Source: Candidatus Hydrogenedentota bacterium
GTDB taxonomy: Bacteria > Hydrogenedentota > Hydrogenedentia > Hydrogenedentales > SLHB01
Assembly: GCA_029262095.1 (NCBI GenBank)
Contig: JAJDAB010000249.1
Coordinates: forward strand, 1-33,479
Direction: 5' to 3'
DNA: 33,479 bases
Shown: positions 9,119 through 17,676 of the stretch, piece after piece
Position numbering within the stretch: the first letter of the stretch is position 1
Layout: each line of letters begins with the position of its first letter
Position numbers and translations under genes: made by a program
Notes under the pieces: model-generated
Told to the model about the DNA's origin: nothing
Databases searched by the model: none
Seen by the model: only the letters and a program-made list of their open reading frames with translations

Positions 9119-9180
9119 CGTAGTTCCGACTCTGAGGCGGCGTGACGGCTAACGACTACCGCCTCAGAGTCGGATCTACG
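9119..9180. repeat. REP-like palindromic element, copy 2; probable bidirectional terminator
   Basis: Arms 9119..9140 and 9159..9180 (22 bp, 1 mismatch) with an 18-nt loop. Same arm sequence as copy 1. Lies between the convergent TPR and EEP genes, and its right arm is inside the EEP coding sequence. Confidence 0.8.
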
Positions 9181-10181
9181 AGCTCGTCTAACTCTGGCAC
9201 AAACAACTCCACGAGTAGCGGTAAGTGATCTGATCCGATGTCTGGTCCAGGCTCAACGTCGACGACCAGGATATCCGGCGATGCCAATACGTGATCTAGA
9301 GCAAGTCCTAACAACGGCAAGTTCGCGGGCCACGTCGGGATAATGCCAAAACCACGCCGGACGTTCCGTAATTCGGATTTGGATTCGAGTGCTCGGTAAT
9401 ATGGCGACCACATGGTGATATTCAAATCGCCCGCGACGATTGCGAGGTCGTCCACGCCGTTCGCAAACTCGCCCGCCGCCGCTAGCTGCGCATTGCGCAA
9501 TTCAAATGCGGCACTCGTCAGTGGCGGCATCGTGTGCATGTTCAAGACCGATATCAGCCGCCCGTTGACTTGGATGTCCGCGCGAATCGCGGGATACCGA
9601 TCATCGGCGAGATTGAATACTTCTGAATTCTCCAGTGGCCATCGGCTATACAACCCAATTCCGAAATGGTCCGGCCGGCCGCGCTCGACGTGGTACGGAT
9701 AGGCGTCGCGTAACGACTGCAAGGCCCGGACCCACATCGGCGATAATTCTTGAATCATAACTATGTCCGGATCCTCTTGTACCACGAGGTCCAGCAATAG
9801 AGATGTCTGTTCGTTAATGGAATGTACGTTGGCGGTCAACACGCGCAGATTTGGATCACTGCTCGTTGGTTGCGGTGATTGCGCCAAATACCATGGCGCG
9901 ATGAGCGCGACAAAAAATAGCGTGAACACCAGGCATAGGGCAGCGAGTTTCCGTTGGCGTGCGATCAGGGCGACTGCGATACCCGCGAGACCAATGAGCG
10001 CGTACCATGTCACAAAGTGTGTGGTGGTTTCGGCGGTGCGGTTGTAGGACGCAAGAAAGTAAAGCACGGTACAGACGGCCAGGCCCGCAGCGCATAACCG
10101 GACGAGCCGTACTCCTACGGCGAAGAAAGAACGAATCCAGAATGAATTGAATTCCGGATCACTCGAAGACGATGAACTCAA
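9156..10181 (-). CDS. membrane-anchored endonuclease/exonuclease/phosphatase (EEP) family protein
   Basis: N-terminal hydrophobic helices are followed by EEP signatures (RVLTANVHS, IVMIQEL, GDLN, SDHLP). Start is uncertain. A TTG at 10181 overlaps the upstream TGA (TTGA), the same arrangement as at 16132..16135. Alternative starts are the ATG at 10232 or the ORF-track start 10313. Confidence 0.8.
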   Translation of the reverse strand: MSSSSSSDPEFNSFWIRSFFAVGVRLVRLCAAGLAVCTVLYFLASYNRTAETTTHFVTWYALIGLAGIAVALIARQRKLAALCLVFTLFFVALIAPWYLAQSPQPTSSDPNLRVLTANVHSINEQTSLLLDLVVQEDPDIVMIQELSPMWVRALQSLRDAYPYHVERGRPDHFGIGLYSRWPLENSEVFNLADDRYPAIRADIQVNGRLISVLNMHTMPPLTSAAFELRNAQLAAAGEFANGVDDLAIVAGDLNITMWSPYYRALESKSELRNVRRGFGIIPTWPANLPLLGLALDHVLASPDILVVDVEPGPDIGSDHLPLLVELFVPELDELVDPTLRR

Positions 10182-10948
10182 CCCGGGCGCGTGGCATGAA
10201 TGTGCCACCAGCGCATATGCCCCGCCTCGCATGCGCGTTCTTTGAGTTTCCACCGTTCGTTGAGGTACGCACGATCTGATTCGGTCAGCGGCGTTTCGGG
10301 GTTGGCGATACACGCAAGGTCCGTTCGCAAAACTTCGAGGAATGAGGTCGTTTGATCTTCGACGCGCACGTCTACGAAACCAGCCTGTTCGATCGGTTGG
10401 GTATACGCCTCTGCGGTGAGCAGGTTATAGCCCGTCGCATTCGCATATGTAGCAAATTCGTCCGACAATGGCTCGGCACCGTGACCGTAATCGGTGACGA
10501 AGACGCGGCCACCTGGCTTGAGCAGGTCGAATGCACGCTGAAACAACCGGGTTTTGTCCTCGATATGCAGAAAGGCATCGCGGCTGTGAAACCAGTCGAA
10601 TGCCCCATCGCCGTCCGGCGTTTCTAGGACGTCGCCGAAGATAAAGTCGATATCCTCTATACCGTGCGCTGCTGCGCGGCGTTCGGCCGACGCAATCAGA
10701 CCCGGCTCCAAATCAATACAGATCACATGCGCGCGGTATTCGCGCGCCATATGAAACGCACCGCCACCGAGGCCGCACCCGACGTCCAAAACACGATTGC
10801 CGGCCTGAAGGCCCATCGCCGCACACAACGGTCTTGTCGTATCGAGTCCACCAGTACTGAGGAAATCCTGACCGAACACGACTTCGTAACGCCGAGTACT
10901 CTCCTCGGTGTATTGGGCTTTGCCCGCTATTTCATCACTCGTTTGCAT
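10178..10948 (-). CDS. phosphoethanolamine N-methyltransferase-like class I SAM methyltransferase
   Basis: Aligns by eye along its whole length to single-domain PMTs such as Plasmodium PfPMT. Matching blocks: QYTEESTRRYEVVFGQDFLSTGGLDTT, SAM motif VLDVGCGLGGG, SRDAFLHI, LLKPGGRVFVTDY, and the C-terminal RW..K......G..RWWHIHA. Confidence 0.85.
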   Translation of the reverse strand: MQTSDEIAGKAQYTEESTRRYEVVFGQDFLSTGGLDTTRPLCAAMGLQAGNRVLDVGCGLGGGAFHMAREYRAHVICIDLEPGLIASAERRAAAHGIEDIDFIFGDVLETPDGDGAFDWFHSRDAFLHIEDKTRLFQRAFDLLKPGGRVFVTDYGHGAEPLSDEFATYANATGYNLLTAEAYTQPIEQAGFVDVRVEDQTTSFLEVLRTDLACIANPETPLTESDRAYLNERWKLKERACEAGHMRWWHIHATRPG

Positions 10949-12518
10949 GCAGCCGCTCCATCAATTCAACTAATTCGCGGTACACGACCGGCGCTGTTTC
11001 CGGGCCGCCGGAATTTTCTTCACCGTATTGCGCTTTTTCGCGTTCATACGCAAACGGCGCTTCCACGTCCCATTGGCTCTTTGGCACGATGTATCCGATC
11101 TCGTCGTTCGCAAGGCCGACTACCATGTTCACTTTGCCCTGCATCAACGTGCGCAATCCCGGCGTCTCAATCGGCGCAACACTGAAATCAGCGCCCTCAG
11201 GTTGTTCGACGCCGCCATCCACTATTTCAGGATAAATTTCGCCGGGTACTGCGAGAATTTCCAGATCGCCGATGCGGATGACATTTACTTCCGTGCGCGC
11301 CTTGCCCCAGAAGTAACCGGGATGCACCGCGCCGAGCATAATCGCGTACTTAAACACGCCGCCCAGCGGCGCAAATATCGTTTTCGCTGCGACACGAATG
11401 CTGGGGTTTTCCTCTTTCCAAGCGGCATCGCCGCGTAACGTCTCTAGTGTCAGCAACGCCAGGTTTTCGCCCAATGCTTGCGATTTCGCATAGTCCGCCT
11501 CGCTGAAGGCCTGTTCGCCATCGCGGTGCGGCACTTCGATGTTGAGTGGTGTCATCAATCCGCCACACGCGCCTTGCAGGAACATACACATGCCGCCGAT
11601 GCCTTCAGCGCCGTTCGGATTTACGACCCCGTATTCGACGCCGTCGCGCCAGTAAAACGGAAAGTCCGCAGTGATAAGCGTGTTGTCGTCATTCAATACT
11701 TCCGGGTGGTTGCCCCATGACACCATGGTGGCGATGGTCTCATCCGTCCACTGGCGCACGAATCGCGCCATGGTAATATGCCGGTCATGAACGTCGGGTT
11801 GCCGCGAATCGCGAACGAAGCCCGGCTTTTCCACCTCGGCCTGCGCACAAATCATTTCGGCGGGCTCTAGTTTTCGAACGGCCTCGTGAATGGCTTCTCT
11901 AGTCAGTGCGCGAATGCGTTCCATGTATTCATCGTTGAAATGTGTGCCAAGCAATAGGCCAGGTATGTCATTCGAATTGCTCCAAATACCCATCGTATCC
12001 GGTCCACTGTGGGTGTGAGTGGTCGAGAACATGACGTGGTCAATGCCCAAGTCGGGATCGAGTGATTTGCGAATGGCGATAAACTGCTCATGCGTCATCC
12101 CCACGCTATCAATAGAAACAATGGCGATGGTTAGGCCGCCATAGCGCAAGGCGATCGCGCGCGACCACAGTGGGTCGTGAACTCCGGTCGCAGGCCTATT
12201 GCCTGCAAACCCACCCAGCCAAACTAAGTCCGGGCGACCGTTCCCGTTCTCGTCTTCGTAGGTGTCGCCGTCCTTGGGGTCGTATCGGCTGTCTCCGTTG
12301 GCGTCCGTCCACGGTTCGTACTCGTCGAATGGCGGCGTGACATCTCTCATCGCCGCGCCGACTTGCAGGGGTTCGTCTTCCGCGGCGGCTACGCTTTGCA
12401 ATAGGTAGTCGACACGGTAGGATCGATTCGGCCCTTTCATCCAATACGCGATCGTAAGCAGTGGAATTGCCAGGAGCAGAACTAGGACAATCGCGATTCG
12501 TTTCAACCACTTCTTCAT
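10935..12518 (-). CDS. neutral/alkaline non-lysosomal ceramidase N-terminal-domain family protein, membrane anchored
   Basis: N-terminal TM/signal anchor (MKKWLKRIAIVLVLLLAIPLL). Family motifs are AAMRDVTPP and STTHTHSGPD. Carries an Asp-rich insert (TDANGDSRYDPKDGDTYEDENGNGRPD) resembling calcium-binding repeats. Its ATG lies 3 nt after the gpmI stop. Confidence 0.8.
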   Translation of the reverse strand: MKKWLKRIAIVLVLLLAIPLLTIAYWMKGPNRSYRVDYLLQSVAAAEDEPLQVGAAMRDVTPPFDEYEPWTDANGDSRYDPKDGDTYEDENGNGRPDLVWLGGFAGNRPATGVHDPLWSRAIALRYGGLTIAIVSIDSVGMTHEQFIAIRKSLDPDLGIDHVMFSTTHTHSGPDTMGIWSNSNDIPGLLLGTHFNDEYMERIRALTREAIHEAVRKLEPAEMICAQAEVEKPGFVRDSRQPDVHDRHITMARFVRQWTDETIATMVSWGNHPEVLNDDNTLITADFPFYWRDGVEYGVVNPNGAEGIGGMCMFLQGACGGLMTPLNIEVPHRDGEQAFSEADYAKSQALGENLALLTLETLRGDAAWKEENPSIRVAAKTIFAPLGGVFKYAIMLGAVHPGYFWGKARTEVNVIRIGDLEILAVPGEIYPEIVDGGVEQPEGADFSVAPIETPGLRTLMQGKVNMVVGLANDEIGYIVPKSQWDVEAPFAYEREKAQYGEENSGGPETAPVVYRELVELMERLHANE

Positions 12519-12521
12519 GGG

Positions 12522-14159
12522 CTATTCCAACTCCAGGAGTGACGGGTCGTAGGCCTCGGGCGGCTCAAGACCAAGCAAGGTCATCAATGTCGCCGCTACA
12601 TTACTAAGCCCGGGCGTATCCGCAGGCCGCATCTTCCATCGGTTCGCGCCGGAATAATCTTGAACCATAAACGGCACGGGATTGAGCGTGTGAGCAACCA
12701 TCGGTTCACGTTTGCCGTTCTTCATCGTGAACATGCAATCGGCGTTTCCGTGATCGGCAGTAATTACAGCGATGCCGCCGGCCTTTTCTATCTCCGGCAA
12801 CAATCGGCTCAACGATAGGTCGACCGCCTCCACCGACATGCGTACGCTGATCGGCACGCCCGTGTGCCCGACCATGTCACCGTTGGGATAATTCACGCGG
12901 ATAAATTTGTGCTGGCCTCCACGAATCGTCTGAATGAGCGCATCGGTAATTTCCGCCGCCTTCATGGTCGGGCGTTGATCGAAGGGCACGCGGTCCGACG
13001 TAATTTCGACGTAGGTCTCAAGCGATTCATCGATATAGCCCGAGTTGTTGCCATTCCAGAAGTAGGTGACATGGCCGAATTTCTGCGTCTCGGAGATCGC
13101 ATACGATGAAACGCCGGATGCGCACAAGTATTCGCTAATCGTACCGTCGATTTCCGACGGCTCTACGAGAAAATGCTTGGGGATATGCGCATCGCCATCG
13201 TATTGCATCATGCCGGCATAGAAGACATCCGGATGTCGCTGTCGATCAAAATGGTCGAAATCTTTGTCCTCGAACGCCTGCGACATTTCCATCGCGCGGT
13301 CACCGCGAAAATTGAAGAATATGACCGCGTCGCCGTCTTCGATTGTGCCTACCGGACTACCATCCTCAGTGATCACAAAACGCTCTAAGTATTGATCGGT
13401 TATACGTGGGTCTTCGTCGTAATACGTTTGAACGGCTTCGGAAGCAGAAGCGAATGCACGCGCATCGCCGAGTACATGCGCTTTCCAACCGCGTTCGACG
13501 ATGGACCAATCGGCACCGTAGCGGTCCATGGTTGTAATCATTCGACCGCCACCTGATGCAATGCAGAAATCGGCCCCGGCGGCATTCAACGCCGCAAGTT
13601 TCGCTTCAAGCGTTTCTAGATACCGCAGTGCGCTGCGCTGATCCACATCGCGGCCATCTAGCAGGACATGCAGCCGCACGCGAGGCACATCCGCCGACGC
13701 GGCCCGGTCGAGCATCGCTAGTACGTGATCGATATGGCTGTGAACGTTGCCGTCGGACAGTAGTCCCATAAGGTGCAACGTACCGCCTTGCTTGGCGCGT
13801 GTAAGGGCCTCTTTCCAAGCGGCGCCTTCAAATATGCGTCCACTCGATATGGCTTCCGCGACGAGTTTCGCGCCTTGGGGAAAGACTCGACCAGCACCCA
13901 ATGCGTTGTGCCCGACCTCGGAGTTGCCCATATCGTCTTCGCTAGGCATACCCACAGCCGTGCCGTGGGCTTTTAGGGTCGTGAAGAGTGGGGCCTCGAA
14001 TAAGCAGTCCAACTCGGGCGTATACGCGAGGTGGACGCCATCCGATTCGTCCTGCTTCCCGATGCCAATGCCGTCCATGATGATGAAAACGACAGGGCCA
14101 CGGAAAGCGTTGAAGTTATTGAGGTTACGCAATTGATAGTTTGGCACCGAGCACTCCAC
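12522..14159 (-). CDS. gpmI: 2,3-bisphosphoglycerate-independent phosphoglycerate mutase
   Basis: Long-form iPGM with IIMDGIG near the N-terminus, NSEVGHNALGAGR, and the C-terminal metal-site motifs NGDMVGHTG and ITADHGN. Confidence 0.92.
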   Translation of the reverse strand: MECSVPNYQLRNLNNFNAFRGPVVFIIMDGIGIGKQDESDGVHLAYTPELDCLFEAPLFTTLKAHGTAVGMPSEDDMGNSEVGHNALGAGRVFPQGAKLVAEAISSGRIFEGAAWKEALTRAKQGGTLHLMGLLSDGNVHSHIDHVLAMLDRAASADVPRVRLHVLLDGRDVDQRSALRYLETLEAKLAALNAAGADFCIASGGGRMITTMDRYGADWSIVERGWKAHVLGDARAFASASEAVQTYYDEDPRITDQYLERFVITEDGSPVGTIEDGDAVIFFNFRGDRAMEMSQAFEDKDFDHFDRQRHPDVFYAGMMQYDGDAHIPKHFLVEPSEIDGTISEYLCASGVSSYAISETQKFGHVTYFWNGNNSGYIDESLETYVEITSDRVPFDQRPTMKAAEITDALIQTIRGGQHKFIRVNYPNGDMVGHTGVPISVRMSVEAVDLSLSRLLPEIEKAGGIAVITADHGNADCMFTMKNGKREPMVAHTLNPVPFMVQDYSGANRWKMRPADTPGLSNVAATLMTLLGLEPPEAYDPSLLELE

Positions 14160-14278
14160 AAACCGTCACGAAGGCGGGTTAATCAGTTTACGGCCTCCCC
14201 GTCCTCGCCGTCAACCCAGCTGGCTCGATTCAAGGTGTCGTGATTCTCGCCGATACCTAGTTACATGATGGGTGTCCA

Positions 14279-15394
14279 ATGCCACAACCGTGCCCGGCGA
14301 ATTCGCTGATGGCGAAACCGTTCGAGTGCGGTACGTGCAACAAATGTTGCTTCGGTCTGACGATTCACTTGACGCTGTCGGATATCGACCGAATGGCGAA
14401 ATACCTCGGCGTCGACCCGGGCGAGTGCTTGGAAAAGTACGTCGACCCGATCGATCCAAGCGATGATATTCCACAATTCACGTTCCGCAAGGGCGAGGGC
14501 GGCCGCTGCTTTCACATGGACGATCAAGACCGTTGCGGAATCCACCCCGCGAAACCGTGGGTTTGCCAGACCTATCATTGCGCGCAAGACCCGGGTTTTG
14601 AGAAAGGTGATGTGGGCATTGAATGGGGCACGGTCTACAACAATGTCGATGGCCACTCCGATCTGTTGCAAATGATTCACGCGCGCACGGTGACATCAAC
14701 ATATATCGCCAGGAACGGCTCACAATACAATCCCGCTGACTACGCGGTCTGCTTATCTGACCTCGCAAGCCTTCTCGCCGGTACCGTTGACGATCGGATC
14801 AAAGTCGCGAGAGACGACGATGGTCAGACGGCCGCGATGACTTATAACTGCAACAAGTGCACAGCGCGAGAAAGTTGCTGCAATCATGCGGCAGCGACGC
14901 TCGATGATATCCAGAAGGCCGCGCAGGCTTGCGGGAAACAAATCGTCGCATTCTGGAGCGAGCATGTCGCTGATGAACCGAGTCCGTTGGATGCAAACAT
15001 GCTGACATTCCGGCAGTCCGATAGTGGTAAGTGCGAATTCTTGGACGCAACGACGCATCGTTGCGGGCTGGGCGACAATCAGCCGAGCAATTGCGCGTTC
15101 GCCCCATGTCCCAAACTTTCCACAACCAAGACGTACGAACAATATTTCGTGGGTTCGGGCAGCGTACATGACCAATACCGGCTGCAAGTCGCCACGAGCG
15201 TGACGCGTCAATACATGTCGCAATGCGGGACTGCGCTCAACGAACGTTTTTTTGAACGGTGCATCGGAATGATCGATGACCTTGCGTCGAATCCGGAATA
15301 CTACGCGGATTTTCTGGCGGCGGTTCGTGAACATAGGTACATCAATGAAGACGATGAGTTAAACGTTGTTGCAGAGAGCTCGCTACAGGGATAA
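14279..15394 (+). CDS. tandem YkgJ / CxxCxxCC (PF03692-like) cysteine-cluster protein
   Basis: Module 1: CGTCNKCC ... GGRCFHMDDQDRCGIHPAKPWVCQTYHC. Module 2: CNKCTARESCC ... SGKCEFLDATTHRCGLGDNQPSNCAFAPC. Start 14279 or the Met at 14309. Confidence 0.75.
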   Translation: MPQPCPANSLMAKPFECGTCNKCCFGLTIHLTLSDIDRMAKYLGVDPGECLEKYVDPIDPSDDIPQFTFRKGEGGRCFHMDDQDRCGIHPAKPWVCQTYHCAQDPGFEKGDVGIEWGTVYNNVDGHSDLLQMIHARTVTSTYIARNGSQYNPADYAVCLSDLASLLAGTVDDRIKVARDDDGQTAAMTYNCNKCTARESCCNHAAATLDDIQKAAQACGKQIVAFWSEHVADEPSPLDANMLTFRQSDSGKCEFLDATTHRCGLGDNQPSNCAFAPCPKLSTTKTYEQYFVGSGSVHDQYRLQVATSVTRQYMSQCGTALNERFFERCIGMIDDLASNPEYYADFLAAVREHRYINEDDELNVVAESSLQG

Positions 15395-16135
15395 GCGTTT
15401 GAATATGCGCTCGGGAATCGCGCGAATAATCAGCAGGATGTACCGCCAAAACCAGGGGACATAGATCGTGTCCTTGCCCCGCTGAACAGCGCGAAGAATC
15501 GTTTGTCCGACGGCGTCCGGCGTTGCAACCAGGAACAGACCGGGCAAACCCCAAGTCATCTTCGTATCGACAAAGCCCGGTTTCACAGCCAAAACGCGCA
15601 CGCCTTGTTTGTGCAGCCGATTGCGCAGTCCTTGAAGGTATGTGGCGAACCCCGCTTTGCTTGCCCCGTAGATATAGTTGCTTTGTCGGCCTCTATCCCC
15701 CGCGACCGACGCGATGCCCACAATAAAGCCCGCGCCTTGATCTTCGAAATGCGCAGCGAACCGTTCAAGAATGACTGCGGATTCGGTAAGGTTTGCGTCC
15801 ATCGTCAGCCGGACGACGCCCGGGTCGGACTGGCCAGTCGATTGATCGACCATGAACCCGAAACCGACGACCACACCCGCAATCTTTCCGCCAACGTCAA
15901 TGCACCTTTCGCACAACGATTCCGTCGTCGTTTGAATGGTGGCATCAAACGATACCGTATGGACGTCGACACCGTATCGAATACGGATGTCAGACGCGAT
16001 GCGATCCAGCTCGGTTTCGTCGCGTGCCGCAACCACGAGAGGGTGGCCCGCATCGGCAAAAGCATTGGCCGTAGCGCGCGCGATCGCCGATGTAACGCCG
16101 AGCACTACCACGGTCGGACGAATTTGCGTGCTCAA
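15383..16135 (-). CDS. short-chain dehydrogenase, DprE2-like (decaprenylphospho-erythro-pentofuranosid-2-ulose 2-reductase family)
   Basis: SDR with VVVLGVTSAIA and YGASKAG. The C-terminal tail YVPWFWRYILLIIRAIPERIFKRLSL closely parallels the M. tuberculosis DprE2 tail (…[21 protein letters not shown], from memory). TTG start overlaps the upstream stop (TTGA). Confidence 0.85.
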   Translation of the reverse strand: MSTQIRPTVVVLGVTSAIARATANAFADAGHPLVVAARDETELDRIASDIRIRYGVDVHTVSFDATIQTTTESLCERCIDVGGKIAGVVVGFGFMVDQSTGQSDPGVVRLTMDANLTESAVILERFAAHFEDQGAGFIVGIASVAGDRGRQSNYIYGASKAGFATYLQGLRNRLHKQGVRVLAVKPGFVDTKMTWGLPGLFLVATPDAVGQTILRAVQRGKDTIYVPWFWRYILLIIRAIPERIFKRLSL

Positions 16136-17505
16136 TTCGCCGCCTTACCGTTTGAACAGAGCCCCAACCGTCGAGCCTGCCGCGATGAAAATCGATTGTG
16201 CGGATCGAGTTTGGCCTTGACCGCACGAAATTCGTCCAGGCGCGGATACATCGCTTGAAATACGTCCGCCTTGGTCGTGACGTCTTTGGCCAGATACAAC
16301 CGTCCTCCGCGATTCAGCACCAGCCGGTCTAGCTCTTCGAATAACGGCTCGGCTCCTTTGCGAAATGGTAGGTCAAGTGTAAGGGTATAGCCCTCGAAGG
16401 GAAACGAGAGCATGCCCTCGCCTTGCGGACCCATTCGCTTCAGCACCGAAAGGTACGAACCCAGCGAAGCAGCACTCAATTTCTCGAGCATCTCGCGAAT
16501 GCCCTCTGTCTGATCCGGTGGAAACACAGCTTGGTACTGTGTGAATCCTCGCTTACCGTACACGCGGTTCCAATTGTGAATACGGTCGAGCGGGTAAAAA
16601 TAGGAATCGTAGCTTTCAATTTGATTGTTTCGGGTCGGGTGTGTCCGATAGATGGCCTCGTTGAAAATTTTGATGGACAGCGAATTAAGCGCCCAAGATG
16701 GGAATTCTATCGGCACGGCGAGTTTTCGCTTGTCGCGCGTTGCAAACGGATTCGTCGTGTTTCCAGGCAAGTCGTCGCGCGATGCGTGATCGCCATTCGC
16801 CAAGAACGATCGTCCCAAGTGTGCGCCGCTCGCTAGCACATCGACCCAGGACACGGAGTAGCGATAGCGTCCATCGGATTCCGACAACGCTGCGAGCACC
16901 TCATCCAAATCTTTGCAACGCCTGGAATCGATCTTCATGTAGGCCGATTCCACCTGCAATAATTGTATTTGTGCGGTTAGGATTATTCCGGTTAGACCCG
17001 CGCCACCCACAGTGGCCCAGAACGCGTCGGCATTCTCATCCCGCGAACAATGCAACACGGAACCATCCGCCAGCAACAAATCCAACCATGCAACAAAATT
17101 GCTGAACACGCCGTCGCGATGATGATTCTTCCCGTGGACATCATTCGCAATGGCACCGCCTACTGTGACGAATTTCGTCCCAGGCGTGACGGGCAAGAAC
17201 CAGCCCTTGGGCAAAAAAGCATTGACCAGCTCATCGAGCCCCACGCCCGCCTCACACGTCACGACACCAGCATCGGCGTCAAAGGACAACATCCGGTTCA
17301 ATCGGGTAGCCAATACAACACCGCCGCCATCATTCACGGACGCATCACCGTAGCTGCGTCCCAAGCCGCGGGCGATGATATTCGGCTGTTCATCGGAGGT
17401 GACCAGCGCCTCTAGCGCTTGCAAACTCTCCGGGCGATACACGTCGCACTCGGTTACAGGCGTTCGCCCCCAACCGGATAGCTGCTGTGTTGCGTGTGGA
17501 ATCAT
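16132..17505 (-). CDS. FAD-dependent oxidoreductase, DprE1-like (decaprenylphosphoryl-beta-D-ribose 2'-oxidase family)
   Basis: LSGWGRT..., ARGLGRSYGD, VTVGGAIANDVHGKNHH and FWATVGGAGLTGII align by eye with M. tuberculosis DprE1. The ATG at 17505 (MIPHATQQLSGWGR) is preferred to the ORF-track start 17586. Confidence 0.88.
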   Translation of the reverse strand: MIPHATQQLSGWGRTPVTECDVYRPESLQALEALVTSDEQPNIIARGLGRSYGDASVNDGGGVVLATRLNRMLSFDADAGVVTCEAGVGLDELVNAFLPKGWFLPVTPGTKFVTVGGAIANDVHGKNHHRDGVFSNFVAWLDLLLADGSVLHCSRDENADAFWATVGGAGLTGIILTAQIQLLQVESAYMKIDSRRCKDLDEVLAALSESDGRYRYSVSWVDVLASGAHLGRSFLANGDHASRDDLPGNTTNPFATRDKRKLAVPIEFPSWALNSLSIKIFNEAIYRTHPTRNNQIESYDSYFYPLDRIHNWNRVYGKRGFTQYQAVFPPDQTEGIREMLEKLSAASLGSYLSVLKRMGPQGEGMLSFPFEGYTLTLDLPFRKGAEPLFEELDRLVLNRGGRLYLAKDVTTKADVFQAMYPRLDEFRAVKAKLDPHNRFSSRQARRLGLCSNGKAAN

Positions 17506-17676
17506 GGCTCGCCGAACTCCTCGTAGAGATTCAATATTATATGGCGCATAGGGACGGACAGCAAAGTTTGATAGAATGAGCAGCAACGATCAGTAGGGAT
17601 GGACGCGTTCCTGTGCGTCCGCGATTGTTGTTGGACACACAGGAGCGTGTCCCTCCCCAAATTTTTGGATTTCCGC

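Noticed and set aside
14753-15334. 193-aa minus-strand ORF inside the YkgJ-like gene.
   Set aside because: The plus-strand frame carries the ordered Cys-cluster motifs. This frame is Arg-rich with no recognisable features.
15503-16258. 251-aa plus-strand ORF across the dprE2/dprE1 junction.
   Set aside because: Antisense to two strongly supported genes. Arg-rich with no motifs.
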